A stretch of 63,723 nucleotides of DNA, counting the filler, from Reclinomonas americana ATCC 50394 (lineage: Eukaryota): the NCBI GenBank assembly GCA_048213135.1. It is 5 parts of 3 records of this genome, joined end to end, with 100 filler letters (N's around TTAATTAATTAA, not from the genome) between each part and the next. Parts side by side here need not be neighbours in the genome. Positions count along the whole stretch, not along the records: positions 52,173 to 58,092 come from PS015146.1; positions 58,193 to 63,723 come from PS015147.1; 3 more parts are not named here. One strand, given 5' to 3'. Positions 52,173 to 63,152 of the stretch are shown in pieces. The notes under the pieces are model-generated. The model was not told where the DNA came from. It saw nothing but the letters and a program-made list of their open reading frames with translations, and searched no databases. Made by a program: the position numbers and the translations under genes. Positions within the stretch are counted from its first letter, which is position 1; every line of letters starts with the position of its first letter.

Positions 52173-55100
52173 TGCCCGCGCTGAGCACCGCAGGTACGTC
52201 CGTGTTATGCATGCAGGTGTTATAGATGTGCCTGACGACGTGCATCGCGCACCGCTAGTTATTCCCTCCATCACACTCGACATCAATGATTTGCCGACTG
52301 CTGGCACTCTCACCATCACACCGCTGAGTGGCGTGGCCCGAATCACGGCCTTTGCTTTCACGATGACTGACTTTGTGGATAAGGATCAACCTCGTGCGTC
52401 GCCTGTTGTTCTCGTGCTCATCGGATGGAACCGTATCTCACCTGCTTTTGTGTGTACGTGCGCGCGCGTCCAGTGTCCTATCTCCCGTTCTACGTGCACC
52501 CGTCACTTGGCACCAAGGTCGGTCTCGAAAAGAACCGATGTGTCCCCAGAATGCCGCACTTCTTTTCACGCTGACCGCCCTTCTCCTTTCTCGTCCACAG
52601 GTCTTTATCACGGCCAGTACGATTTCTGTTATCCGGGGCGTTGTGTTCCCGCTGGCTGGTAGCACCTCCACCGGCAATCAACTGCAAGTCGGTGTCACGG
52701 TTCGCGATGTATGCGGCGCGTCTGTCGATGTCTACTCCACCATTGTAGTTCTCGAGTCGACCGCACCGTCCACAACCGCGAGCAATGGAGCATTTCTCCG
52801 CGGCAGCTTTGACCGAGCGCAGCAGCTTGACCTGACCGACTTTACCGACAGTGAGGTGGGGGATGCCATGGGCTCGCTGAGTGCCGGCGTATCGGCGTTG
52901 ACTGTGGGTGACCAGTCTGCGCTGCTCGATGGTGAGACACTCTGTTACTTGTGGAGCGTTATTTGATTCTCACACATAGGGCCCTTGCGACGATGCAGTT
53001 GCTTCTAATCGAGCAGCCGTTCGTGATGCCTCAATGTTGTTGTCTGCGACTGCTACGAAAATCGACTTGTCACTCTCTCCCGAAACCACCACCACCATGC
53101 TTCTTGTGGCTAGAGAGCTCGCGAGGTGCTGTTGTCTGCACCTTTTTAAGCGCGCTTTCTCCCGTTTACTCACTGGCGCATTCGCGTGTCAGCTCATTGC
53201 GTGATATGGGCAAGAGCGGTGACTCTGCGGCCGTTGCCACAACCGCGAGTTCCCTGATGCAAACAGCTGTGCACATGGCGACGATCGGCAGTTACCTTCC
53301 AGTATCCTCCGTGCAGGTGAGAGAAATGGGGAAAGTGAGAGGAAAAGGAGAAGGAGAGTGGGAGGAAGGGGAGAGAGAGGGAAGAAGAACGAAGAGAGGG
53401 CAAGGCGAGAGAGAGAGAGAGAAGAGAAGGAGAGAGGGAGTTAGAAGGAGAGGAGTAGACACACTTCTCTCTTGCGTGCACTCACCGATTGCTGGAATCT
53501 TGTTGGTGAGGGAGAGGGCGGGNNNNNNNNNNNNNNNNNNNNTTCCCGCGCTGAGCACCGCAGGTACGTCCGTGTCTTGCAGGGCTGTACCCGTGCTGTT
53601 TTAGATGTGCCTGACGACGTGCATCGCGCACCGCTAGTTATTCCCTCCATCACACTCGACATCAATGATTTGCCGACTGCCGGCACTCTCACCATCACAC
53701 CGCTGAGTGGCGTGGCCCGAATCACGGCCTTTGCTTTCACGATGACTGACTTTGTGGATAAGGATCAACCTCGTGCGTCGCCTGTTGTTCTCGTGCTCAT
53801 CGGATGGAACCGTATCTCACCTGCTTTTGTGTGTGCGTGCACGCGTGCAGTGTCCTACCTTCCGTTCTACGTGCACCCGTCACTTGGCACCAAGGTCGGT
53901 CTCGAAAAGTACCAATGTGTCCCCAGAATGCCGCACTTCTTTTCACGCTGACCGCCCTTCTCCTTTCTCGCCCACAGGTCTTTATCACGGCCAGTACGAT
54001 TTCTGTTATCCGGGGCGTTGTGTTCCCGCTAGCTGGTAGCACCTCCACCGGCAATCAACTGCAAGTCGGTGTCACGGTTCGCGATGTATGCGGCGCGTCT
54101 GTCGATGTCTACTCCACCATTGTAGTTCTCGAGTCGACCGCACCGTCCACAACCGCGAGCAATGGAGCATTTCTCCGCGGCAGCTTTGACCGAGCGCAGC
54201 AGCTTGACCTGACCGACTTTACCGACAGTGAGGTGGGGGATGCCATGGGCTCGCTGAGTGCCGGCGTGTCGGCATTGACTGTGGGTGACCAGTCTGCGCT
54301 GCTCGATGGTGAGACACTCTGTTACTTGTGGAGCGTTATTTGATTCTCACACATAGGGCTTTTTCGACGATGCAGTTGCTTCTAATCGAGCAGCCGTTCG
54401 TGACGCCTCCATGTTGTTGTCGGCGACCGCTGCGAAAATCGACTTGTCACTCTCTCCCGAAACCACCACCACCATGCTTTTTGTGGCTAGAGATTTGGCC
54501 AGGTGCTGTTGTCTGCACCTTTTTAAGCGCGTCTTCTCCCGTTCACTCACTGGCGCATTCGCGTGTTAGCTCATTGCGTGATATGGGCAAGAGCGGTGAC
54601 TCTGCGGCCGTTGCCACAACTGCGAGTTCCCTGATGCAAACAGCTGTGCACATGGCGACGATTGGCAGCTATCTACCAGTATCCTCCGTGCAGGTGAGAG
54701 AAATNNNNNNNNNNNNNNNNNNNNNNNNNNNNNNNNNNNNNNNNNNNNNNNNNNNNNNNNNNNNNNNNNNNNNNNNNNNNNNNNNNNNNNNNNNNNNNNN
54801 NNNNNNNNNNNNNNNNNNNNNNNNNNNNNNNNNNNNNNNNNNNNNNNNNNNNNNNNNNNNNNNNNNNNNNNNNNNNNNNNNNNNNNNNNNNNNNNNNNNN
54901 NNNNNNNNNNNNNNNNNNNNNNNNNNNNNNNNNNNNNNNNNNNNNNNNNNNNNNNNNNNNNNNNNNNNNNNNNNNNNNNNNNNNNNNNNNNNNNNNNNNN
55001 NNNNNNNNNNNNNNNNNNNNNNNNNNNNNNNNNNNNNNNNNNNNNNNNNNNNNNNNNNNNNNNNNNNNNNNNNNNNNNNNNNNNNNNNNNNNNNNNNNNN

Positions 55101-55400
55101 NNNNNNNNNNNNNNNNNNNNNNNNNNNNNNNNNNNNNNNNNNNNNNNNNNNNNNNNNNNNNNNNNNNNNNNNNNNNNNNNNNNNNNNNNNNNNNNNNNNG
55201 GGGAAAGTGAGAGGAAAAGGAGAAGGAGAGTGGGAGGAAGGGGAGAGAGAGGGAAGGAGAACGAAGAGAGGGCAAGGCGAGAGAGAGAGAGAGAGATAGA
55301 AGAGAAGGAGAGAGGGAGGGAGAAGGAGAGGAGTGGACACACTTCTCTCTTGCGTGTCACTCACCGATTGCTGGAATCTTGTTGGTGAGGGAGAGGGCGG
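52173..55400 (+). repeat. Near-identical direct duplication of an about 1.35-kb exon/intron block (52173-53522 vs 53543-55400)
   Basis: Both copies start ...cccgcgctgagcaccgcaggtacgtccgtg and stay collinear, with scattered substitutions and small indels. Confidence 0.9.
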
Positions 55401-58092
55401 NNNNNNNNNNNNNNNNNNNNNNNNNNNNNNNNNNNNNNNNNNNNNNNNNNNNNNNNNNNNNNNNNNNNNNNNNNNNNNNNNNNNNNNNNNNNNNNNNNNN
55501 NNNNNNNNNNNNNNNNNNNNNNNNNNNNNNNNNNNNNNNNNNNNNNNNNNNNNNNNNNNNNNNNNNNNNNNNNNNNNNNNNNNNNNNNNNNNNNNNNNNN
55601 NNNNNNNNNNNNNNNNNNNNNNNNNNNNNNNNNNNNNNNNNNNNNNNNNNNNNNNNNNNNNNNNNNNNNNNNNNNNNNNNNNNNNNNNNNNNNNNNNNNN
55701 NNNNNNNNNNNNNNNNNNNNNNNNNNNNNNNNNNNNNNNNNNNNNNNNNNNNNNNNNNNNNNNNNNNNNNNNNNNNNNNNNNNNNNNNNNNNNNNNNNNN
55801 NNNNNNNNNNNNNNNNNNNNNNNNNNNNNNNNNNNNNNNNNNNNNNNNNNNNNNNNNNNNNNNNNNNNNNNNNNNNNNNNNNNNNNNNNNNNNNNNNNNN
55901 NNNNNNNNNNNNNNNNNNNNNNNNNNNNNNNNNNNNNNNNNNNNNNNNNNNNNNNNNNNNNNNNNNNNNNNNNNNNNNNNNNNNNNNNNNNNNNNNNNNN
56001 NNNNNNNNNNNNNNNNNNNNNNNNNNNNNNNNNNNNNNNNNNNNNNNNNNNNNNNNNNNNNNNNNNNNNNNNNNNNNNNNNNNNNNNNNNNNNNNNNNNN
56101 NNNNNNNNNNNNNNNNNNNNNNNNNNNNNNNNNNNNNNNNNNNNNNNNNNNNNNNNNNNNNNNNNNNNNNNNNNNNNNNNNNNNNNNNNNNNNNNNNNNN
56201 CTATGCGCTCTCACTGATTGCTGCATTTTGGCGGCGAGGGAGAGAATGAGAGGATAAGGAGAAGGATGAATGAGAGGAGCAGATAAGCCTCTCACTTGTT
56301 TCTTGTTGCATCTCGGTGGCGAATCTCTCGGCGGAGAGAGCGGAGAATGAAGAGGGGACTCGAAGTGCACAAAGGGGGGCATGGTCGGGGAAGTCTTTAT
56401 GAAGGTTGTGAGCAGATACTTGTGCTCAATCCCTGGCTCACTGTGCAGCTGCTGGTGTCGACGGTGGATACGGTGTTTGGAGCCACGCGGGGCACAGTGC
56501 TGGACGGACAGATGGCGAGTAATGGTATCACGGCGCTGTCCACTGTCGGATTTCATGCTGTCAACACCAAGACCGCCGGCGATCCTGCTATTGCCATCAT
56601 TGGCACCAACATACAGCTGGTGTCCGCGTACCTTTCGCCGTCGGCAACGGCGCCCGGCATCCAGGTCTGTGCTGCCCGCCTGCTCACGTCACTCGGAAAC
56701 TACTTACAAAAAATATTCTTAATGTTGCGCACCCAGTTCTCCGACAGCTCCACGTTCACTGTGCCCCCGACGGATGATGTTGCCTCTTCCATGGTCACGC
56801 AGTACCAGTTCCCGTTGGGCCTGACTGAGCGCCTGCAAGGTGTCTATCCGATCATCACCTCAACGCTTATCGACAATGGTTGGTCACCTGATGTCGTGCC
56901 TGCCGTGGTTTGCTTTCTTATCGCTTTTTACATGGCTGCCGCAGATCTGCTGCCCTACGCGGACAGTCGCAACTCCACTACCGTGTTCCTGGGTCCTGTC
57001 CAGCGAGTGTTTCTGCAAACAGCAAACGGAGTACCCATCGCTCTGAATGCCACTGCGGGTGAAGCGTTCACATTCGAGATTGCTCGTCAAGATAGCGCGC
57101 TCCTTGCCGCCGTTGCGCCGCAGCTGGTACGTCCTATTTGTATGCCAACTTGCCTGCGAATGTGTCGTGCCTAATACCTGCTGGCGAAGCGAGATGTGTT
57201 GGAGTACATTGCTGGATGTGGAGTGCGTGGCTTGCACTTACCTGAAGCAGATGACGATGGCGACACGACGCTGGTGGCCCTGGACGACAGTCGTTGCGCT
57301 TTGCATTGCAATTATGTGTGTCAGCTGACGAATAGGCGCATGTGCTTACGTGTCTGCACAGATTGCAACCGGACCGTGTACCGCAGTGACAATCGTGCGT
57401 GCGAACGATGGCATTCGCGCAAGGCGAGGGTTGTTCACGGCGCTTTCTGTTGTTTGTTTGTTTCTACAGCGACTGCTGCCGATTTCGGCAAGCTGTGTGT
57501 GTTCTGGAATGAGACCAGGCAGCAGTGGGTATCGGACGGATGCAAAACGTTGCGCCGTCGCACGGCGCATTGTGCAGTTCCTTTGTGCTCTGTCCTGACG
57601 AATGCACACACGTGACAGATTTGTGCGAGTGACGCGCGGAACTCACGACGTGCAGTCGTTTGTGTGTCGTTGTAATCACATGACGGATTTTAGCGTGAAT
57701 TGTGCGTCCTTTGGGTGGCGACGCGTGAAGGTTATCGCGTGTTGATTCGCCTTGCTCTCTCTCTCTGTGCAGTGCACGATATCTTTAACATTCACTTTAC
57801 CTTTGTCTCGTTGCGTCTGTACTCGGCGGTGTTGTTGAGTCGCAAGTGAGCTAAAGTCGTGATTTTCAGTCCTGCCGACTTGCTGTCACTCTTCACGGGC
57901 CAGCTGCTGAGGAGCTCGACATTTTCGATTGTCATTGGTAAGCACTCGCCGACCTGCTGTCACCACGAGTCTGCTCACCACTCACCACCACCCGGCGCGC
58001 ACCAGTGATTCAAGTCATCTATCTCATCCAGCTGTACATTGGCTACAAGATGGACCAGGCGAGCGACAAGCAGCTGGTCCGATGTGTCACCA
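52173..58092 (+). CDS. REJ-like and GAIN/GPS region of a polycystin-1/adhesion-receptor-like protein; probably continues 47369-52072
   Basis: NDLPTAGTLTITPLSGVARITAFAFTMTDFVDKDQP|LSY is REJ-like. CVFWNETRQQWVSDGC...CRCNHMTDFSV is a GPS motif (57496-57700), followed by a hydrophobic segment before the scaffold end. Confidence 0.75.
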
Positions 58093-58192
58093 NNNNNNNN
58101 NNNNNNNNNNNNNNNNNNNNNNNNNNNNNNNNNNNNTTAATTAATTAANNNNNNNNNNNNNNNNNNNNNNNNNNNNNNNNNNNNNNNNNNNN

Positions 58193-58593
58193 AGGTCTGC
58201 TGCAACGGATTGTGCGTCCTGCCCAGCAGCTTCACCAACGACAGGAACAACTGTGGCTCTTGCGGCTTTGTGTGCCCCGCCACTAGCCAGTCGTGCTGCA
58301 ACAGCAAGTGCGTCGTGATGAGCAGCGATCCGAGCAACTGTGGCACCTGCGGCAAGACGTGCGCCACCGGTCAGTCGTGCTGCAATAGTGTCTGCGTCAA
58401 TACCCAGAGCTTCGCCACGGACGCCAAGAATTGTGGCACGTGCGGACACGTGTGCCCGCTGACGGCACCCAATTGCTGCAGCGGATCGTGTGTGGCACCG
58501 ACCAATGATCCGCTGAAATGCGGTCCGTGCGCCAATATACAGTGCCTGCCCAATCTCAAGTGCTGCACGAGAGTGTGCAAGTCCGCCTGCTGA
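58193..58593 (+). CDS. 3' end of a second STIG1-like Cys-rich repeat gene
   Basis: Collinear with 46210-46610, with several substitutions (ends CCTRVCKSAC* vs CCTGVCKTAC*). Confidence 0.9.
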
Positions 58594-58770
58594 TCTGCAC
58601 CACCCAGGTGACACCAGGCGCAAGCTGAGGATTGTGGAAGTGAAGAAGGACCTCTGGCCTTGAAACAATATAACTGACAAGGGTGGGGCAACGAGGGGCA
58701 CAAACAGGCAGCTGAGGGGACAGCGATCAGGTACCTGACATCCATCTCGTGCAGGGCATGGTTCATTGCG

Positions 58771-59802
58771 CTACCACCAAAGCACGCGACGCTTAATCAC
58801 CTCTGCATCCTCCAGCACGAAACAACGCAGCACGGCATCCACGAGAATCCAGTCACAGCCATCGTCCCTCTCGTCGAACAGCAGCTCGTCGGCGGCCAGC
58901 GCGGCCGATCGCACGGCCGCAAGTTCCTGACCGGCAAGTCCACGCGGCGTGGTCCACACTCGGATCGTCTTGTCTCCGCCCGCGCTCACAATGTGGTGAC
59001 CATTGGAAGTGATGGCAACGCTCACCACTGAGTGAGTGTACATGTGTCCCTCCAACCGTCGCACCTCCTCACCGCTCGCCAGCGACCACACACGCACTGT
59101 GGTGTCATCACTTCCGCTGATGATGTGTGGCCGTCGGGAGTGAGAGCGACGGACAGCACTGCACTGCTGTGCCCCTCCAATCGCCGTACTTCCTCGCCGC
59201 TCGCCAGAGACCACACACGTACCGTATGATCATCGCCCCCGCTCACAATGCGCTCGCCATCGGGAGCGACAGCAGAAGACCACACCAATTCAGCGTGCCC
59301 ATCCAGTCGTCGTACTTCTTCTCCACTCGCGAGGGACCACACTCGCATTGTAGCATCCTCACACCCGGAAATAATATGCTGACCATCTGGAGTGATGGCG
59401 ACACAATACACCCCGCCAGAGTGCCCCGACAGGCGTCACACTTGTTCTCCACCGGCCAGTGACCACACCCGCACTGTCTTGTCATGGCCGCCGCTCACAA
59501 CGTGCTGACCATCGGGAGTGACAGCGACAGACCACACCCATGCAGTGTCCCTCCAACCGCCGCTCTTCCTCGCCGCTTTACACTCGCAATGTCTTGTCGA
59601 AACTGCCGCTGACAATGTGGTGGCCGTCGGGAGTGACAGCGACGGAGGCAACCCATCCAGTGTGTCCCTCCAACCGTCGCACTTCTTCTCCACTCGTGAG
59701 CGTCCACACTCGCACTGACTCGGCGCCACAGCCGCTCACAATGTGCAGTCCGTCGGGAGAGATGGCGAGCAAGTACACCGCGTAGGTGTAGCCGTCCAGG
59801 AT
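58771..59802 (-). pseudogene. Disrupted 7-repeat WD40-family gene with the conserved tail
   Basis: In-frame TAA with a short deletion at 59578, plus frame changes near 59545, 59436 and 59127. No ATG micro-exon found. Confidence 0.8.
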
Positions 59803-59941
59803 CTGTGTGAAGCGCAGAAGGTGAGGCGATAAGGGCAGACACATTTACGGATGCACAAGCACACGGTAACCACGCACGACGAGAAAAAAACAACTCACAA
59901 TCACCCGTAGCCACCGCTCTTCCTCCCTTCGACTCACCGAC

Positions 59942-61116
59942 TCAGCACCGGAAAAGGACGACCGCGGCATCCTCGGCGATGAAACAACGCAGAACCAGCT
60001 CGGGAAGGCACCGTGAATCTCGTTCCTCCTCCGCAGCCCTCCTCTCATCTTGCATCTCCTGCACAGTGCGCATGGCCGAGCGCGCAGCGTCGAGTTCAAG
60101 GCGAGCAAGGCCGCGCGGCGTGGACCACACTCGTATCGTCCCGTCAATGCCACCCGCACTCACAATGCGTTCACCGTCAGGAGAGACGGCCACACACGAC
60201 ACCCATCCAGTGTGTCTCTCTAACCGTCGCACTTCCTCGCCGCTCGCCAGAGACCACACCCGCACGGTGCTGTCCCCACTCCCGCTCACGATGTGCTGAC
60301 CATCAGAGGTGACGGCGACAGACGTCACCATACTGGCGTGTCCCTCCAACTGTCGCATTAGCTCCCCACTTGCCAGAGACCACACTCTCACCGTGTTGTC
60401 CCTACTGCCACTCACGATGTGCTGACCATCAGGTGTGACAGCGACTGACATCACCCAGTCAGCGTGTTCGTCCAACCGTCGCACCTCTTCCCCGCTCGCC
60501 AGCAACCACACTCGCACGGTGTTGTCCCCACCGCCACTCACAATGTGCTGACCATCGGGGGTGACTGTGACACAATACACCCCTCCAGCGCCACCTTCCA
60601 ACCGTCGCACCTCCTCCCCACTCACCAGTGACCACACCCGCACTGTGTTGTCATAGCCGCCGCTGATGATGTACTGCCCATCAGGCGAGACGGCGACTGA
60701 CATCACCTTACTGGCGTGTCCCTCTAACCGTCGCACCTCTTCTCCACTCGCCAGCGACCACACACGTACTGTGTTGTCTCGACCCCCACTCACAATGTGC
60801 AGGCCATCAGGAGTGACGGCGACACAAAGCACCCACGCAGTGTGTCCCTCCAACCGTCGCACTTCTTCTCCACTCGCCAGAGACCACACTCGCACTGTCT
60901 TGTCCATACACCCACCGACAATGTGCTTGCCGTCGGGAGTACAGGTGACTGATCGCACCGAAGAAGCGCGACTCTGAATGATCTGTGTCGATCACTCGCG
61001 ATGAGACGCACATGCACAAACACACAAACAACAACCGCACACATGCACGAGCACACGCATGCGTGCACAGACACCAACCACGCAAAGTGCGCACACATTC
61101 ACACCTTGGTTGCCAT
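59942..61116 (-). CDS. Intact WD40-family gene: 7 repeats of about 42 aa plus the conserved tail
   Basis: First exon MATK (61105-61116), intron 60983-61104, then one exon IIQSRASSVRSV...RCLPELVLRCFIAEDAAVVLFRC*. Confidence 0.9.
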
Positions 61117-63152
61117 TCTCCGTGTGCGTGTGTATGATTTGCTCGCTCGGGATTCTCACCGTTTCCCGCCTTTCTTCTCCCGCCTTGCTCCGAGACGTCC
61201 CGCATCCCTCGCCAGGCTGCAACCAGCACCCCACACAGCATGCGGTAGTGTGTGAACGATGTGACTCCGATGATGCGTGTGGGCTTTCGACGACCGACAT
61301 GGGACCCGTCGATGAGAAATCGGCAGAATGGACGCGCAAGGCGGTGACACGAGGTGGCGCTCCGCTGCATCGCGCTGCTGACCAGCGACACTCCCTTTTG
61401 ACTGGCCTGCATTCTCTATCAACGAGGACTGGCATGTCGTGCTGCTTGGATGTGCAGTTGCGGCCCTGTTGTGCTGGTGCTACTGCATTCCCGAGAATCC
61501 AAGTCATGGATACCTCACCCCGTCTTGGATCGATCCACAGCAAGGTTAACGAGGGCACGATGAAGAAAGAGAGCCACGCGGAACAGGAGAGGAGCAACCA
61601 GCGCAGCAGCTCAGCGACGGAAGAGGCAGCTGCGTCGTGAGACTTGCTTCCCCTCCCCCAAGTCACAATCAATGCCTCGGGCCTTCAATCACACTCACAG
61701 TCGGTCGATAAATCGTCTTATGCAAGTACTGTGGCACGGAACCACGTGTCTTCGCATGCCAGTCACTTGCCAGCACGCCTGCAGCTGTGCTCTGGTCACA
61801 CACTGAACTGCGTCAGTCAATCTTCATGTCTCACCAACTTGTTCCTCAACGCAAATGCAGAACGCACACGCACCATGAGTTGCTGGCCTCGCACGTGTCT
61901 GCAGTCTCCCATGACCACCACATGGTCACTCGGCAGTGACAGCAGCAACCAAGGTGCGCACACCATCGATCCGCCCCGACTTGCCAGCCGGGATCGAAAA
62001 CAATCCACCGACCAGGCCACCATCGCCCAGCACGGCACGCGCGCATACGTACACCCACCCAGCCACGCACCTCATAGCGTGCACGGCCTGCACGAATGAA
62101 GTGAGTGGGAGGAAAGGAGGAAAGAGAGATCAAGACGAACAAGGTCATGCACCTGCTTCGTGCAGGGAGGGATGCGAGTGGGGAGCCGAGTGAGTGAGGT
62201 GACAGCCGGCAACGGGCGATGCACGACACGCCAGTCAGCATCGCGGCCACCGAGGAGCACGTGCTTCCAAGGTGTCTGCATATTGGTGTGCTGTGAGCGA
62301 AAGAATGAGGAAGGAGAGAGATATCTGCTCTGTCTCGCTGACAAACACACCGATCAGCACCTGATGCCAACACGCGTTTGGTCAAGAGGCAAGCCGAGGG
62401 AAGCTTCTGCACACACAACCATCCTTCAATAGGGGGAGAGCGGAGTCAGTCTGCAGTCATGTCACCTCACACACTTCGGTGTCGAGATGCTCACCATGAT
62501 GGACTGACCAACTCGACGGCAGAATGGCAGTCGGAAAACGGTGAGCAGACCAGCATGCTCGGCCTCGAGCTTGTGCGGCAAGGAGGGGTGGATGGCTGGG
62601 GAAGCAGATAAGCGCACAAAGGAGGGAGACGGTGGAGAAAGAGAGAGACTCTGCAAGGGAGAAAAAGGGGGAGAGCTGAAAGACAGGCATTCTTCAGAGC
62701 CGGAAGGAGAATGCCCACGGCGCACGTGCAGCAGAGTATGGCGGTGCCAAGGAGGTGCGAAAAACAAGACGCGAGGGAAACAGACAATGGTGACTCGCTC
62801 TCATGAGGCACGTATATCAGCGACGAAAGATGCACGCACAACAGACATCACAACGAGGAGAAATGAAATCACAGACTCCAATTGATTCATCTCGCTCGCA
62901 TACACAAACGGAGGTGAGAAAGAGGCACGCCTACAGAGGGAGACGTGCTTCACTACCTCTCTCTCACTCACATGATAGGGCAACAAGCACGGGAGAACAG
63001 TTCTGCATCATCCACGTCGACTTCTCTCCTCTCGTCAGTCGTCCTCTCTTCCCCCACCTCCATCCCGCATGATTACCCGCACCCCCGCACAAGACACGAA
63101 AAAACAACTCACAATCACCAGCAGCCACCGCTCTCCCTTCCGACTCACCAAC

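Noticed and set aside
1221-56556. Long ORFs in the supplied track that span N runs or microsatellites
   Set aside because: These are artefacts of gaps (poly-X) and simple repeats. Most short antisense ORFs are shadows of GC-rich exons.
18318-58148. Repeated TTAATTAATTAA palindromes as transposon target sites or regulatory elements
   Set aside because: They are always centred in a 100-nt N spacer, which marks them as an assembly linker.
58950-60960. Regular 126-bp repeats as a CRISPR-like array or a diversity-generating retroelement
   Set aside because: The units are contiguous protein-coding WD40 repeats. There are no cas genes or reverse transcriptase in the window, and the variation is not evidently adenine-restricted.
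61120-63100. ORFs between the WD40 paralogues as an effector or NTPase partner
   Set aside because: No P-loop or other motif is visible, and no coherent spliced model could be built.
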